The notes beneath the pieces are model-generated. The model worked only from the letters and a program-made list of their open reading frames with translations. It made no database searches and was not told where the DNA came from. From Mobula hypostoma (taxonomy: Eukaryota): a DNA stretch of 64,000 bases. This document shows positions 1-11,111 of the stretch, piece after piece; the stretch's first letter is position 1; every line of letters starts with the position of its first letter. Made by a program: the position numbers and the translations under genes. Location of the stretch: the NCBI RefSeq assembly GCF_963921235.1, contig NC_086108.1, positions 28,088,001 through 28,152,000 of the forward strand. The letters are read 5' to 3'.

Positions 1-352
1 GATACCTCAAAAAGATAGCATCCATCATTAAGGAACCGCACCACCCAGAACATGATCTCTTCTCATTGCTACCCATCAGGGAAGAGGTAGAGGAGCCTGA
101 AGGCACACATTTAATGATTCAAGAACAGCTTCTTCCCCTCTGCCATCAGATTACTAAATGGACATTGAACCCAGGAACACTACCTCACTCCATTTTTTCT
201 CTCTTTTCGTACTACTTGTTTAATTTTTTTTAATGTATATATACTACTTACTGTAATTTACAGATTCTATTGTTATATATTACAATGTACTGCTGTTGCA
301 TAACACCAAATTTTACGACATATACCAATGATATTAAACCTGATTCTGATTC
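1..352 (+). mobile_element. Rex1/Babar-like LINE, 3' end fragment
   Basis: Encodes the (A)ASIIK(E)PHHP(E)H-LFSLL-SGRR-RSL type C-terminus also seen at 63700-63870; ends in ATTAAACCTGATTCTGATTCT short-repeat tail. Confidence 0.7.
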
Positions 353-666
353 TTCTCATTGCTGATAATGGTTCTTTCACTTCCCTTCAGTTGTGTATTT
401 TGAATCACTAAGCCCGAGCCCAAAATGCAACTTTTTAAAGAGGCAATCCCAAGTTATTCCTCCAAATAAATTACTCTCTGACATACCAATGATTATTCAA
501 CAGACGTAGGAGTATACCATTAGTGCATTCCCTTAACGGGCACAAATTAAAAGTTTAGTTCATCCAGTGGTCCTGATATAAACTTGATTTTACCTCCCTT
601 CTCTGTGGATCTGTCATAATTTGATGTTATTGTAGTGCAAAGTTGGTGAACTGATGCCATTTTACA

Positions 667-1187
667 TACACCCAGTGGCTGTTTTATTCGGTGCCTAATA
701 TTAATAAAGTGGCTTTTGCGTGCATGTGTATGGTCTTGTACTGCTGTAGCCCATCCAGATGTGATGTGTTGAGCGCTCAGAGATACTCGTCTGCACACCA
801 CTCTTGTAGTGCATGGTTTTTGGAGCTACTGTTGCCTTCCTGTCAACTTAAACCAGTCTAGCCATTCTCCTCTGACCTCACATTAACACGGCATTTTCAT
901 CCACAGAACTCACAATCACTGGGTTCTTTTTTGTTTTTCACAACATTCTCTGTAAACTCTAGGGACTGTTGTGCATGAATGTCCCAGGAGTCTTGCAGTT
1001 TCTGAAATACTCAAACCACCCTGTCCGGCATCAACAATTATTACACAGTCAAAGTCATTTAGATCACAAAGCTTCCCCATTCTGATGTTTGCCCTAAACC
1101 TCTTGGCCATGTCCACATGCTTTTATGCATAGAGCTGCTGCCACGTGATAGGCTGATTAGATATTTGCATTAACAAGCAGGTGTACA
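667..1187 (-). mobile_element. Tc1-like DNA transposon remnant (non-autonomous)
   Basis: ORF 916-1116(-) MGKLCDLNDFDCVIIVDAGQGGLSISETARLLGHSCTTVPRVYRE resembles a Tc1 transposase N-terminal HTH; TA+CACCCAGTGGC TIR-like start at 667. Confidence 0.75.
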
Positions 1188-1302
1188 GTAGAACCTCTCA
1201 GGCAAAATACAAATATATTTTCTCAGAATGTCACAGATGTAGAATCAATTTAAGTGATCAGGCAAGTCAGCTATCACTCATTTGGCAGTGTCACTTCTAG
1301 AG

Positions 1303-1383
1303 CAGGGGTTCCCAACCTGGGGTTCATGGACCCCTTGCTTAATGGTATTGGTCTATGACATTAAAAAAGGTTGGGAACTCCTG
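1303..1383. mobile_element. hAT (Charlie-type) MITE
   Basis: TIRs CAGGGGTTCCCAACCT / AGGTTGGGAACTCCTG; degenerate 8-bp flanks TTCTAGAG / CTGTAGAA; related copy at 42425. Confidence 0.75.
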
Positions 1384-2084
1384 CTGTAGAAAGACTAGAG
1401 TGCTTAATCAAGGCTCCTACTTCTCTGCAGTGCTAATAGATGCTGTGCTGATAGTTTAACCTTCCTACTGAAAACTGAGGCTCTGTCTGCCCATAGAGAG
1501 ATGTACAAAATTCCCATGGTACTAACTAAACAAGAGTGACAGGAATTCTCTCCTGCCAGTGTCAGTGTCATACATCACCAACAGAACTTAAGCTAGATCA
1601 ATGAGAGACGCTGGACTTCCTTGTGGTCAAGAGGCGATGTTATCACAGTTTCTGCTTTTCATGAACAAAGGATCTCATTGCCTGCAAGGTTTTTTCATCA
1701 TCCTGAAGCCATGATATATTCAAAATAAATTCATTAAAAGAAGGCAGTAGTTACTTTGGAGGTGAATTAAATTAAGGGATCTGGAGAACTGAGAATAGAA
1801 GGAGGGGAGTGAGATTAGGGAAGCATTAATGGGAGATTTATTAGAATATAGAATACTTTACCATAGAGAATAGATAAAGCTAAGCTACTGAAGCTTTACC
1901 TAAAGTGAGACAAAGGAACATACAGGACCATGAACAAGAGCATGGAGGCCAGATTAACTACAGGTAGAACATTGAAGAGTTGACACAGCAATTTTGGATA
2001 ATTGCTTCCTATTTGTTGCCCTGCTTTCCCATTGTAATTTCTATATTCTCCACCCCAGGATAAAAAAAGATACAATTTCTCTTG

Positions 2085-2372
2085 CCAGAATTAGGGTACA
2101 TAGCCTCAAGATTCAGGGGAATAGATTTAGGACGCAGAATAGGAGGAACTGCTTTTCCCAGAGGTGGCGAATCTGTGGAATTCTTTGCCCAGTGAAGACG
2201 AGCAGGCTACCTCAGTAAATATTTAAGGCAAGGTTGGATAGGTTTTTGCATAGTAGGGGAATCAAGGGTTATGGGGAAAAGGCAGGTAGGTCCATGGCCA
2301 GATCAGCCATGATCTTATTGAGCGGCGGAGCAGGCCTACTCCTGCTCCTATTTCTTCTGTTCTTATGTTCCC
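2085..2372 (+). mobile_element. CR1 LINE 3' end
   Basis: RVHSLKIQG..FRT..RRNCFSQR CR1 ORF2 C-terminus; 3' UTR ending CCTACTCCTGCTCCTATTTCTT..TTCTTATGTTC. Confidence 0.8.
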
Positions 2373-3986
2373 TTAAACAGAAACGTTCAGTATTGGAATG
2401 CTTGACTAATGTTGGAGACCCATTCAACATACACATCAACATGTACTGTACAACTTGCAGCTGCATCCCCAAGTAATTTGCCTCTCCTTAACTGAGGAGC
2501 CATGTGGAATTAGTAAAAAATTTGCATTGAATATGTTGAGTAACAGTAGGGAATGCCACAGCAAGGGAAGAGCTGCTACCTGGGTCAGCTGGCATTGGGA
2601 TGTTAGCCTTGGATCAAAATACCTCAACACAGAAGACAAACGGTGTAACATGTGGTTGTTTGGAATTTGTGTTTGGATCAATTCGGCGCCTGTGGTTGAC
2701 TGTGACAAAGGTAGAAAATGCTTTGACAGCTCTTGGAACTAACTTTTGGTTTTAAGCTGCCAGTGTTTAGTCTGCAAGTGACAGTGAAAGGTTGCTTTAC
2801 ATGCTCTCCAAGTATTGCCTCATCAATAGTGCAGCTTCCCCTGTTCTCCAACCTCCACCTTGGTCATACCAGCAACATTGGTACCCTGAAACATTGAACT
2901 GCCAGGATAATGCTTGATGTTGTAAGCTCTGCACTTGTCACCTTTATTTCAAGTTTAATCTTCTTGTAAGTTGAGTGGCTCTCAAAGGATGATGAAATAT
3001 TTGTCATTTGGTCTCGGCATTCAATCAGAATATTTAGTGATTCAACAAAAGCTACTCTCACACACCTTGTGACCTTGTGCTTTACTTTCCTACATGAGAT
3101 CATCTCTCTGGAATTTCATTTTGAATACATCTTTCAACCGACCAACAAATACACCCTGTGTGGACTGCATTGATCAGGCTTGTTCTTTGAGACACCAGGA
3201 GAAATGATGAATTGTCAGACTGCAAATGGAATTTGAGGTAGACATTTCTGACTCTGCTAAAATCTGGTAGAATGTTCATAGTTTCTTGGGCCATATTTCC
3301 AAATAAAACCTGGAAGACAACGTTAAATTGCAGTGAGAAATTTCCAAGTTAAATAAGAACACGGATAGCGACTTTATTTATCATGTTTGCTAGATTTCCA
3401 CAATCTAAATATGAAACATCAATTTGAACCACTTCCTGTGGTGACTTTGTGAGCTTAGCATAGTAATATGTGACTGAAGCTTTTCATCAGAATATCAAAC
3501 CTTCAAATAAATTTATTGTCACATATAAAGATAGATTAGAACACATTTGTTTCATTTTAAGAGCTGTGGCTGAATCTTGGTAAGACTGATGAAAGTCATA
3601 GGTGGCGTTTGTAAGCATCCTGGAGGAAATTATTTTGGGCATTTTCAAGTCAAGAGAGTGTGGATCCAAGGGACAGTTAAGAGCGGTGATTGATAAGTTT
3701 GTGGCCTAAGGTAGAAGGAGTCAATTTTAGAAAACCTAGCTCATTTATTTTTCCTACATTTACACACCTGGTCCAGCAGTCGTGGAGCATAAGGATCCCT
3801 TCTTTGTAGAAGCCAACGTCTTGGACCTCCAGAAAGTGGTCCACAGCAGGGGTGATTGATAAGTTTGTGGCCTAAGGTAGAACGAGATGAGCTTTTAACT
3901 TCAAACTTTCTGGATTTTCACTCAAAGAGTTGAACTGTACATGCATGTATCCGGAGCTGTATAACTCATCTCCTTCTACCTTAGGC

Positions 3987-6900
3987 ATCTCCCAACGGCT
4001 GCAAAGGCGGATGAGGATGTCCAACAATGGGTAGGGAGGCTTGCGAGCACGCCGCAAGAACTGCCGTAGACCCACAACACTCAGGGCTTGTCTACCTAGC
4101 GTGTGAAGCCTGGATTCGGCGGACTGCGCGGAAGAAACCATCACTGGTTCAACGGGCAGAAAGCCGATTCTTAGCAATGCATCGTGGAGCGCTAAGAGGG
4201 CACAGTGAGACACACAGAACACTGCTGGCCATCCACTGCATCCTGACCTATCTCCAGCCGTCTCGACTATGTCTTGCCACTGGGTCCAGATAGGCCGGGA
4301 CGAGAGAGTGAGGTTGACGACCTGCGCAACTCTCCCTCACTGTAATCCAAGTCAAGCGCAAGTCATGACTTCAAACCCAACGCGCAACCTAAAGTCCTGT
4401 GGCGATGGGGGAGTGGCGAAGCAGCAGGTACGGATACACTGGAAGCTGTAGTCACAAACCTGCACACAGGCGGCCCAGGGCGTAGGGTCGCTCTCTACTG
4501 GACCGAAGCAGCAGTTGAGTTCGGCAGCCCCCTGGGTGTCTGAGCAGCCCTCTTTCGGATCACTCTGCTCACCTCCATGGAGGAAGGGGCTGGAAAAGGT
4601 GCCTTAAACATAATCTGCTTCACTTCACCCTGGCCAGCTTACCGCGGCTGGTGGGGATCCCTCATAGCGGTCGACCTACAACAGTGAAGAAGAAAGTGAT
4701 GGTGCTCAACCTTGGCACATGGAACGTGAGAACTCTGCGAGATAACATCAAGGCAGACAGACCAGAGAGAAGAACTGCACTGGTTGCAAAAGAGCTAGCT
4801 CGCTACAACATGGACATAGCAGCTGTCAGCAAAACACGCCTGGCAGACAGGGGCCAGCTGACAGAACATAGTGGTGGATACATGTTCTTCTGGAGCGGTC
4901 GCAGCAGCGCTGAACGATGAGAGGCAGGTGTGGGATTTGCCATCAATTCTAACCTCGCCCGTAAACTCACCAAGAACCCAGAGAGCATCAACGATCGCCT
5001 GATGACACTTCAGCTCCCAAACCTGGGAAGGGATCATTGGAAGACATGGCACTAGCAAGTGTAACAACAACGGCCTTCTGCTCCTCAAGACATGTGCCAC
5101 ACACGACTTTGTCATCACCAACACCCTGTTCCGCCTACCCACCCGTAAGAAGACATCATGGATGCACCCACGCTCGAAGCACTGGCATCTGATTGACTAC
5201 ATCATCACCAGGAAGAGGGACAGGATGGATGTCAGAGTGACGAGAGCCATGTGTGGTGCCGACTGCTGGACCGACCACCGCCTCATTGTGTCCAAGTTCA
5301 GGCTTCGCATTCTGCCCATGGGAAGACCCCAAGGGCAGAAGACTGCAAAGAGGCTGAATGTCTCCAAGCTGAAAAGCAGCAGGGTTGCAGAAGAATTCAT
5401 CGATGACCTTGAAGGCAGACTGCCAGACACACCACAGGAAGACGGGACCAGCATTGAGGAACAGTGGACGGTCTTCAGAGACGCTGTCTACACTACCACC
5501 CTCGAACATCTCGGACCAGCAACCCGAAGAAACCAAGACTGGTTCGATGAGAATGATGAAGGAATACAGGCACTACTAACGGAGAAACATCAACATTACA
5601 GAGCGCATCAGAATGACCCCACGTCGCTAGCCAAGAAAGATGCCTTTACCAATACAAGAAGAAAGGTGCAGAAAAAACTTCGCGAGATGCAGGACAGCTG
5701 GTTCAGCAAGAAGGCTGATGAAATCCAGGGCTATGCAGACAGCCACGACATAAAGCGCTTCTACAATGCGCTTAAGGCTGTATACGGACCCCAGTCCTCC
5801 GGCTCCTCACCCCTCCTCAACGCAGATGAGACGCAGCTGCTGACAGAGAAGAAGCAGATTCTGGATCGGTGGGCTGAGCACTTTAACAACGTCCTTAACC
5901 GCCCTGCCGACATCAACGACGAGGCCATTGCCTGCCTGCCCCAGGTAGAGATCAACAAGAACCTCGACTCCCACCCCACAGTAGATGAAGTCAGGAAGGC
6001 AGTGAAGCAACTCTCCTGTGGCAAAGCACCAGGACCCGATGCAATCCCTGCTGAGGTATACAAAGCAGGAGGCCCTGTCATGATGCAAAAGCTGACTGTA
6101 CTCTTCCAGTCCATGTGGAAAAAGGGACAGGTCCCGCAACAGCTGAAAGATGCCAGCATAGTCCACATCTACAAGAGGAAAGGCAATCGCCAGTCTTGCG
6201 ACAACCACCGAGGCATCTCCCTCTTGTCCATTGCGGGGAAGATTCTGGCCCGCGTCCTGCTCAACCGCCTTCTCCAACATCTTGAGCAAGGTCTGCTCCC
6301 AGAAAGCCAGTGCGGCTTCCGTGCTGAACGTGGGACTGCGGACATGATATTTGCTGCGCAGCAACTCCAGGAAAAATGCCAGGAGCAACACAGCAACCTC
6401 TTCATGACCTTTGTCGATCTAACCAAGGCTTTCGATGCAGTCAGCAGAGAAGGCTTGTGGAAGATCATGGAGAAGTTTGGCTGCCCCAGCAAGTTCATCA
6501 CAATCGTCCGGCAGTTCCACGACGGTATGATGGTGAAAGTTCTGAATGACGGCGACGAGTCGGAGGCCTTCCCAGTGACAAATGGCATCAAACAAGGCTG
6601 CGTTCTTGCCCCGACTCTGTTCAGTATGGTATTCTCTGCCATGCTGACAGATGCCTTCCGTAATTACAAAGAAGGAATCCACGTCAGGTACAGGACTGAC
6701 TGCAGGTTGTTCAACCTTAGGCGCCTGCAGGCAGTTACAAAGGTGCGAGAGACTGTCATCAGAGACTTCTTGTTGCTGATGATTTCGCACTCAACGCCAG
6801 CACAGAGCAGGAGATGCAGCATGAAATAGACTACTTCTCACAAGCCTGCGACAACTTCAGTCTCACTATCAGCACCAAAAAGACTGAAGTTATGTACCAG

Positions 6901-7780
6901 CCTGCCCCAGGAAAGCCATACCAGGAGCCGCGCATCACGGTGAAGGGTCAGAACCTCCAGGCAGTCGACAACTTCACCTGCCTGGGCAGCATACTCTCTC
7001 GCGCAGTGAACATAGACGCTGAGGTCAACAACAGGATTGCCAAAGCCAGCGCCACCTTGGGAGACTCCGTGAGAACGTCTGGGAGCGGAGAGGACTCAGC
7101 TTTACCACCAAGCTGAAGGTCTACTGTGCAGTGGTCCTTACCACCCTCCTTTACGCCAGCGAGACCTGGACTGTCTACAGCAGACACGCCAAACAGCTCA
7201 ACCACTTTCACCTGAGCTGTCTCCACAGACTCCTCCACGTCAGGTGGCAGGACAAAGTCCCCGACACGGAAATCCTGGAACAAGCTGGGCTCCGCAGCGT
7301 CTACACCCTCCTGCTGAAAGCCCAAGCCAGGTGGGCTGGACATGTGGTCAGAATACCAGACAGCCGATTGCCTAAGCAGCTGCTGTACGGAGAACTGTGT
7401 CAGGGCAAGCGCTCAGTCAGGGGGCAGAAGAAACGTTACAAAGACTGCCTCAAAGCTTCCCTCAAAGGCCTGGGTGTCGACATCAACACGTGGGAGACGC
7501 TTGCCCTCGACTGTCCAGCTTGTCGCAGCAAGATCACCACAGGAGCCCATGCAGCTGAAGTCAGGCGCATCATCGAGGCGCAACGAAAGCGTGCTGTGCG
7601 CAAGGCCCGAACAGCATCCACTGCCACACAGCACCCACCCACTTGTGTCCCACATGTGGGCGAGCCATCAGGGCCCAGATTGGCCTCATCAGTCACCTCC
7701 GGACCCACAGCCACCAATCTCCCATTTGACTTTGAAGTCATGGTCATCTTCGACTAGGAAGGACGAACAACAACAACAAC
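3987..7780 (+). mobile_element. RTE-clade LINE with both ends present, inactivated
   Basis: 9-bp TSD ACCTTAGGC (3978-3986, 7781-7789); about 700-bp 5' UTR; single APE-RT ORF from ATG 4699; (CAA)n tail 7766-7780. Confidence 0.93.
4699..7740 (+). pseudogene. RTE ORF (AP endonuclease, reverse transcriptase, C-terminal C2H2 finger), disrupted
   Basis: LGTWNVRTL, HWHLIDY, TDHRL (APE); FVDLTKAFD, GIKQGCVLAP (RT); FADD motif frameshifted near 6772; CPTCGRAIRAQIGLISHLRTH at about 7646-7708; stop at 4918, apparent deletion in APE near 5020, further frameshifts near 7057 and 7625. Confidence 0.9.
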
Positions 7781-7887
7781 ACCTTAGGCCACAAACTTAT
7801 CAATCACTCCTGCTGTGGACCACTTCTACGAAGAAGGGATCCGTATGCTCCACGACCGCTGGACCAAGTGTGTACATGTATGAGGGG

Positions 7888-7971
7888 CAAACACGAGGAA
7901 ATCTGCAGATTCTGGAATTTCAAGCAGCACACATAAAGATTGCTGGTGAACTCAGCAATTTTTATGTGTGT
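7888..7971 (-). mobile_element. 84-bp fold-back Penelope-like (PLE) 3'-end insertion
   Basis: Perfect 15-bp TSD TACATGTATGAGGGG (7873-7887, 7972-7986); PLE terminus AAACACGAGGAAATCTGCAGAT followed by a hairpin. Confidence 0.88.
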
Positions 7972-9250
7972 TACATGTATGAGGGGACTATGTTGAAAAA
8001 CAAAGGTTCTAGGTTTTCTAAAATGGAATCCTTCTACCTTAGGCCACAAACTTGCCAATCACCCCTCGTATATTAAGATGTCAAAGATTGAATGAAAATA
8101 GCTGGAAAATTAACATTTCTCACTGGTATATAAAGATGTCATTTCCTTTTGGTTCATGTGGAGGGCTACCATTAAAACAGCTTGAAGAAACATTTAGCTT
8201 ATACACTTCATGATTTTGAAATCCTGAAAATGATTTTGGTTGCAACTTGTTTCCTTTTCTTTCCCAGCTCTGACAAAGGGTCTGCTGTCATGATGTGCAC
8301 TGGCAATATTAGAACCCAAGAGTGGAGGAAAGACAGACTCCAATCCAACAGATTACCAGTGGCTCTGCTGAGTGAGAACGCAACATTCTCAAAACTAGGA
8401 TAACATGATTAGCGCTAATCAGGCATCTGCAAAAAGAATGCAAGTAATACAGAATCAAAATAAACCTAACAAGTTTAAGCAGAAAGCACCAGAAGACCAC
8501 ATTACAAAGAGCGAGTCGCTTGAGAAAAACCACAAGGAACTCTAAATGCTTAATGACATTCGTTAAACAGCAATTAACCATTTCAGGTGCTCCAAAAACC
8601 ATGGCACCCAATGCTCTCTGGCTCCCTGCAGAGTCACAAAAAATCTCATGACAGTAAACAACCGAAAAGATTAGCCCTGTTTATCTTTCCGCAGATGGTG
8701 TTTGACTTGCTGAGTGTTTCCATCTTTCTTTAAAATATGCATTCAATTCACCTATCAGCAATCCATTCTTAACACTTAGGCTCACTGGACTCCATCACCC
8801 TGGCCTTGCTATGATGCAGCAAACACACTCCGTCAGCATGCACTTGTTCTGGATGGTGACATTTTACACAGGAGTGAGGCATAATGGTACAGCCGTCTGT
8901 GCAAAGTTGCCCACAGACTTTACTCCTGGGCTAATCTTGCAGTTCAATGCCTTGTGACAATGAAACATTAAAGATTGTTTAGCAGTTCACCAGAAGTCCA
9001 CACTATTATCTTCAGATCTGAAATGTATGCAGTACAACCACGTCAAGTTAGAAATTAGCCATTCCCATAAGCATAGATCTTCACCAGTTGTTCTGCAAGG
9101 CAATCAGGTCATAGTTAAGCCCTTCTTAAACAACGGAACATTAGTTATACGGCAATCCTGCAGCACTTCACCCAAGGACACTTTAATAAGCTTGTGCTAC
9201 CAGAATTGAGCCTTGCAAGGATATATATATGATAAATGAAACTAGGTGAT

Positions 9251-9403
9251 AGGACTAACTAGGTGAGTTAGTCCTGACGAAGGGTCTTGGCCTGAAACGT
9301 CAACTGTACCTCTTCCTAGAGATGCTGCCTGGCCTGTTGCGTTCACCAGCAACTTTGATGCGTGTTGCTTGAATTTCCAGCATCTGCAGAATTCCTGTTG
9401 TTT
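9251..9403 (+). mobile_element. PLE pseudo-LTR 3' end with a short inverted 5' piece
   Basis: Near-identical to the 34663-34901 family; AGGACTAACT/AGTTAGTCCT hairpin at 9251-9275; ends GCATCTGCAGAATTCCTGTTGTTT. Confidence 0.85.
9270..9305 (+). ncRNA. Minimal type I hammerhead ribozyme motif (one stem I mismatch)
   Basis: AGTC-CTGACGA-AGGGTCTTGGCCT-GAAAC-GTC-AACT. Confidence 0.65.
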
Positions 9404-10005
9404 GGGTGAATTAAGAAGTGGGAGGTGATAGGTGGAAGTGGTAAAGGGGTGAAGGAGGAGGAATCTGACAGGAAAGGACGATGGACCAATATATACACCC
9501 ACAGAAAGGTGCTGTAAAAGGGCCAGTAGCATCATGAAGAATCCCACACAGCCTGCTCATGGGCTGTTTATCCCAATCCCATCAGGAAGGGGGCTACGTA
9601 GCATCCACACCAAGACCATCAGACTCAAAAACAGTTACTTCCCCAAGTGCTAAGGCTGTTCACAGCTCCACACTATAACCCACCACTCCACATCATTCCC
9701 CCCACCACGACCACCACTACTCTATAATTTCCTGTCAGTCACCTTGTGTACAGATAATCCTGTACCTAGTGTCACTTTATGGACATACAAACAAGTGGTA
9801 AAGGGTTGAAGAAGAAGGAATCTGACAGGAAAGGACAGTGGACCATTGGAGAAAGGGAAGGAAGAGGTGTACCAGAGTCAGGAGATGGGTGGGTGAGAAG
9901 AACAGAAGGGAATGATAGGAGTATCAAAATGGGAAATGGAAAAAGAGGGAAGTGGGAGGTGGGAGAAATTACCAGAAGTTAGAGAAATTGATATTCATGC
10001 CAACA
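9404..10005 (-). mobile_element. PLE purine-rich 3' region, interrupted by a Rex1-like fragment (9489-9792, +)
   Basis: Similar to 58030-58350 and 60440-60780; the insert encodes RASSIMKNPTQPAHGLF; about 53-bp duplication flanks the insert. Confidence 0.65.
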
Positions 10006-11111
10006 AGTTCTCCTTCTTCTCAACAAATTAAACCTGCTTTTTTGTCACTCATTTGCAGCAAAGGGTCTGCAGGCCTAAGTCATTAACTCTGTTTTTCTTT
10101 TCATATATGCTGCCTGACCTGATGATTGCTTCCAGTAATTTCTACTTCTATATCAGGAGAAGTATAGGGTTGCTATCTAACTTTTGCCCTTTTATGTAAC
10201 AACAAAAATAGCAAATTAAACAAACAGCATCTTCACATCATCCCAGCTTCCTTCCACAAGCAAGTATTTGCCATAATGAGCCAATTATGACCAAAGGATT
10301 GGGAAAACTTCAGAATTCACCATAGAAGGACCAAGATGTCGATAAGGAAAGGGACAAGTGAGAGACTGTAAAAAGGAAAAGATAACACAGCTCTCTTACA
10401 GAGACTTGAGAATAGGAAAATGGTGGAGAAACTTAGTGAATATTTTCCATCTATCTTTACAAAAGGAGACACAGGAAGCCTCCTGGAAATGCAAGAGAAT
10501 AATAGGCCTAGAGTGAACGAGGAACTGAAAGCAATTAATAATTGTGAAAGAAACATATTGCAGAATTTATTGAGACAAAAAGCCCACAAAGTCCCAGGGC
10601 CTGGTGACTTATACCCTAGGATTTTGAGATGTCGTTGTGCAGAGGGTGTATCTAACACTTCATAAACATTAGGATCACTTCTGTAGTTATGGCCCCACCT
10701 TATTCACTTTGTTTTTTCCAATCTTATTAGCAACTGAAAACAACTTCTCCTCATCATCTCAGTTGGGCTGAAGATTCTGTACCCTGAAATACCAGCACAA
10801 GGTTTCTCCTTACATAGATGCTGCCTTTCCTCCAAGGTGATCCCTATATATTCTGACCATAATCACTACAGACCTTCTGGGATGGTCCCACAGATTGGAA
10901 ATTTGAAAACTGGACCCCTCTATTTTATAAAGTGGGGGAGATATCAAATAGGGAACCACAGACCAGACAGTCTGACCTCAGTAGCACAGAAAATCCAAGA
11001 ATCTATCAGTATGGAAATGATAACAAGGTAATTAGAACAAAATAAATCCTTGGGCAGAATCAGCATGGGCATATGAAAGGGCAATCATACTTGACAAATT
11101 TATTAACGATA

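Larger units (their letters stand above)
3680..8068. mobile_element. Palindromic mariner-derived MITE, interrupted by an RTE LINE and a mini-PLE
   Basis: TA flanks at 3678-79 and 8069-70; TIR (C)GAGGGGTGATTGATAAGTTTGTGGCCTAAGGTAGAAGGA present four times; 7824-8000 translates FYEEGIRMLHDRWTKCVHV..GDYVEK (mariner transposase C-terminus). Confidence 0.85.

Noticed and set aside
2380..3300. Several 60-95 aa ORFs
   Set aside because: No recognisable domain; possibly a very old LINE remnant, but not assignable.
3984..4698. HDV-like ribozyme in the RTE 5' UTR (GGCGAA at about 4415; possible 5' hairpin)
   Set aside because: I could not build the P1/P2/P3/P1.1 nested pseudoknot by eye; a descriptor search would be needed.
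4795..7747. Many minus-strand ORFs up to 194 aa
   Set aside because: Antisense shadows of the GC-rich RTE coding sequence.
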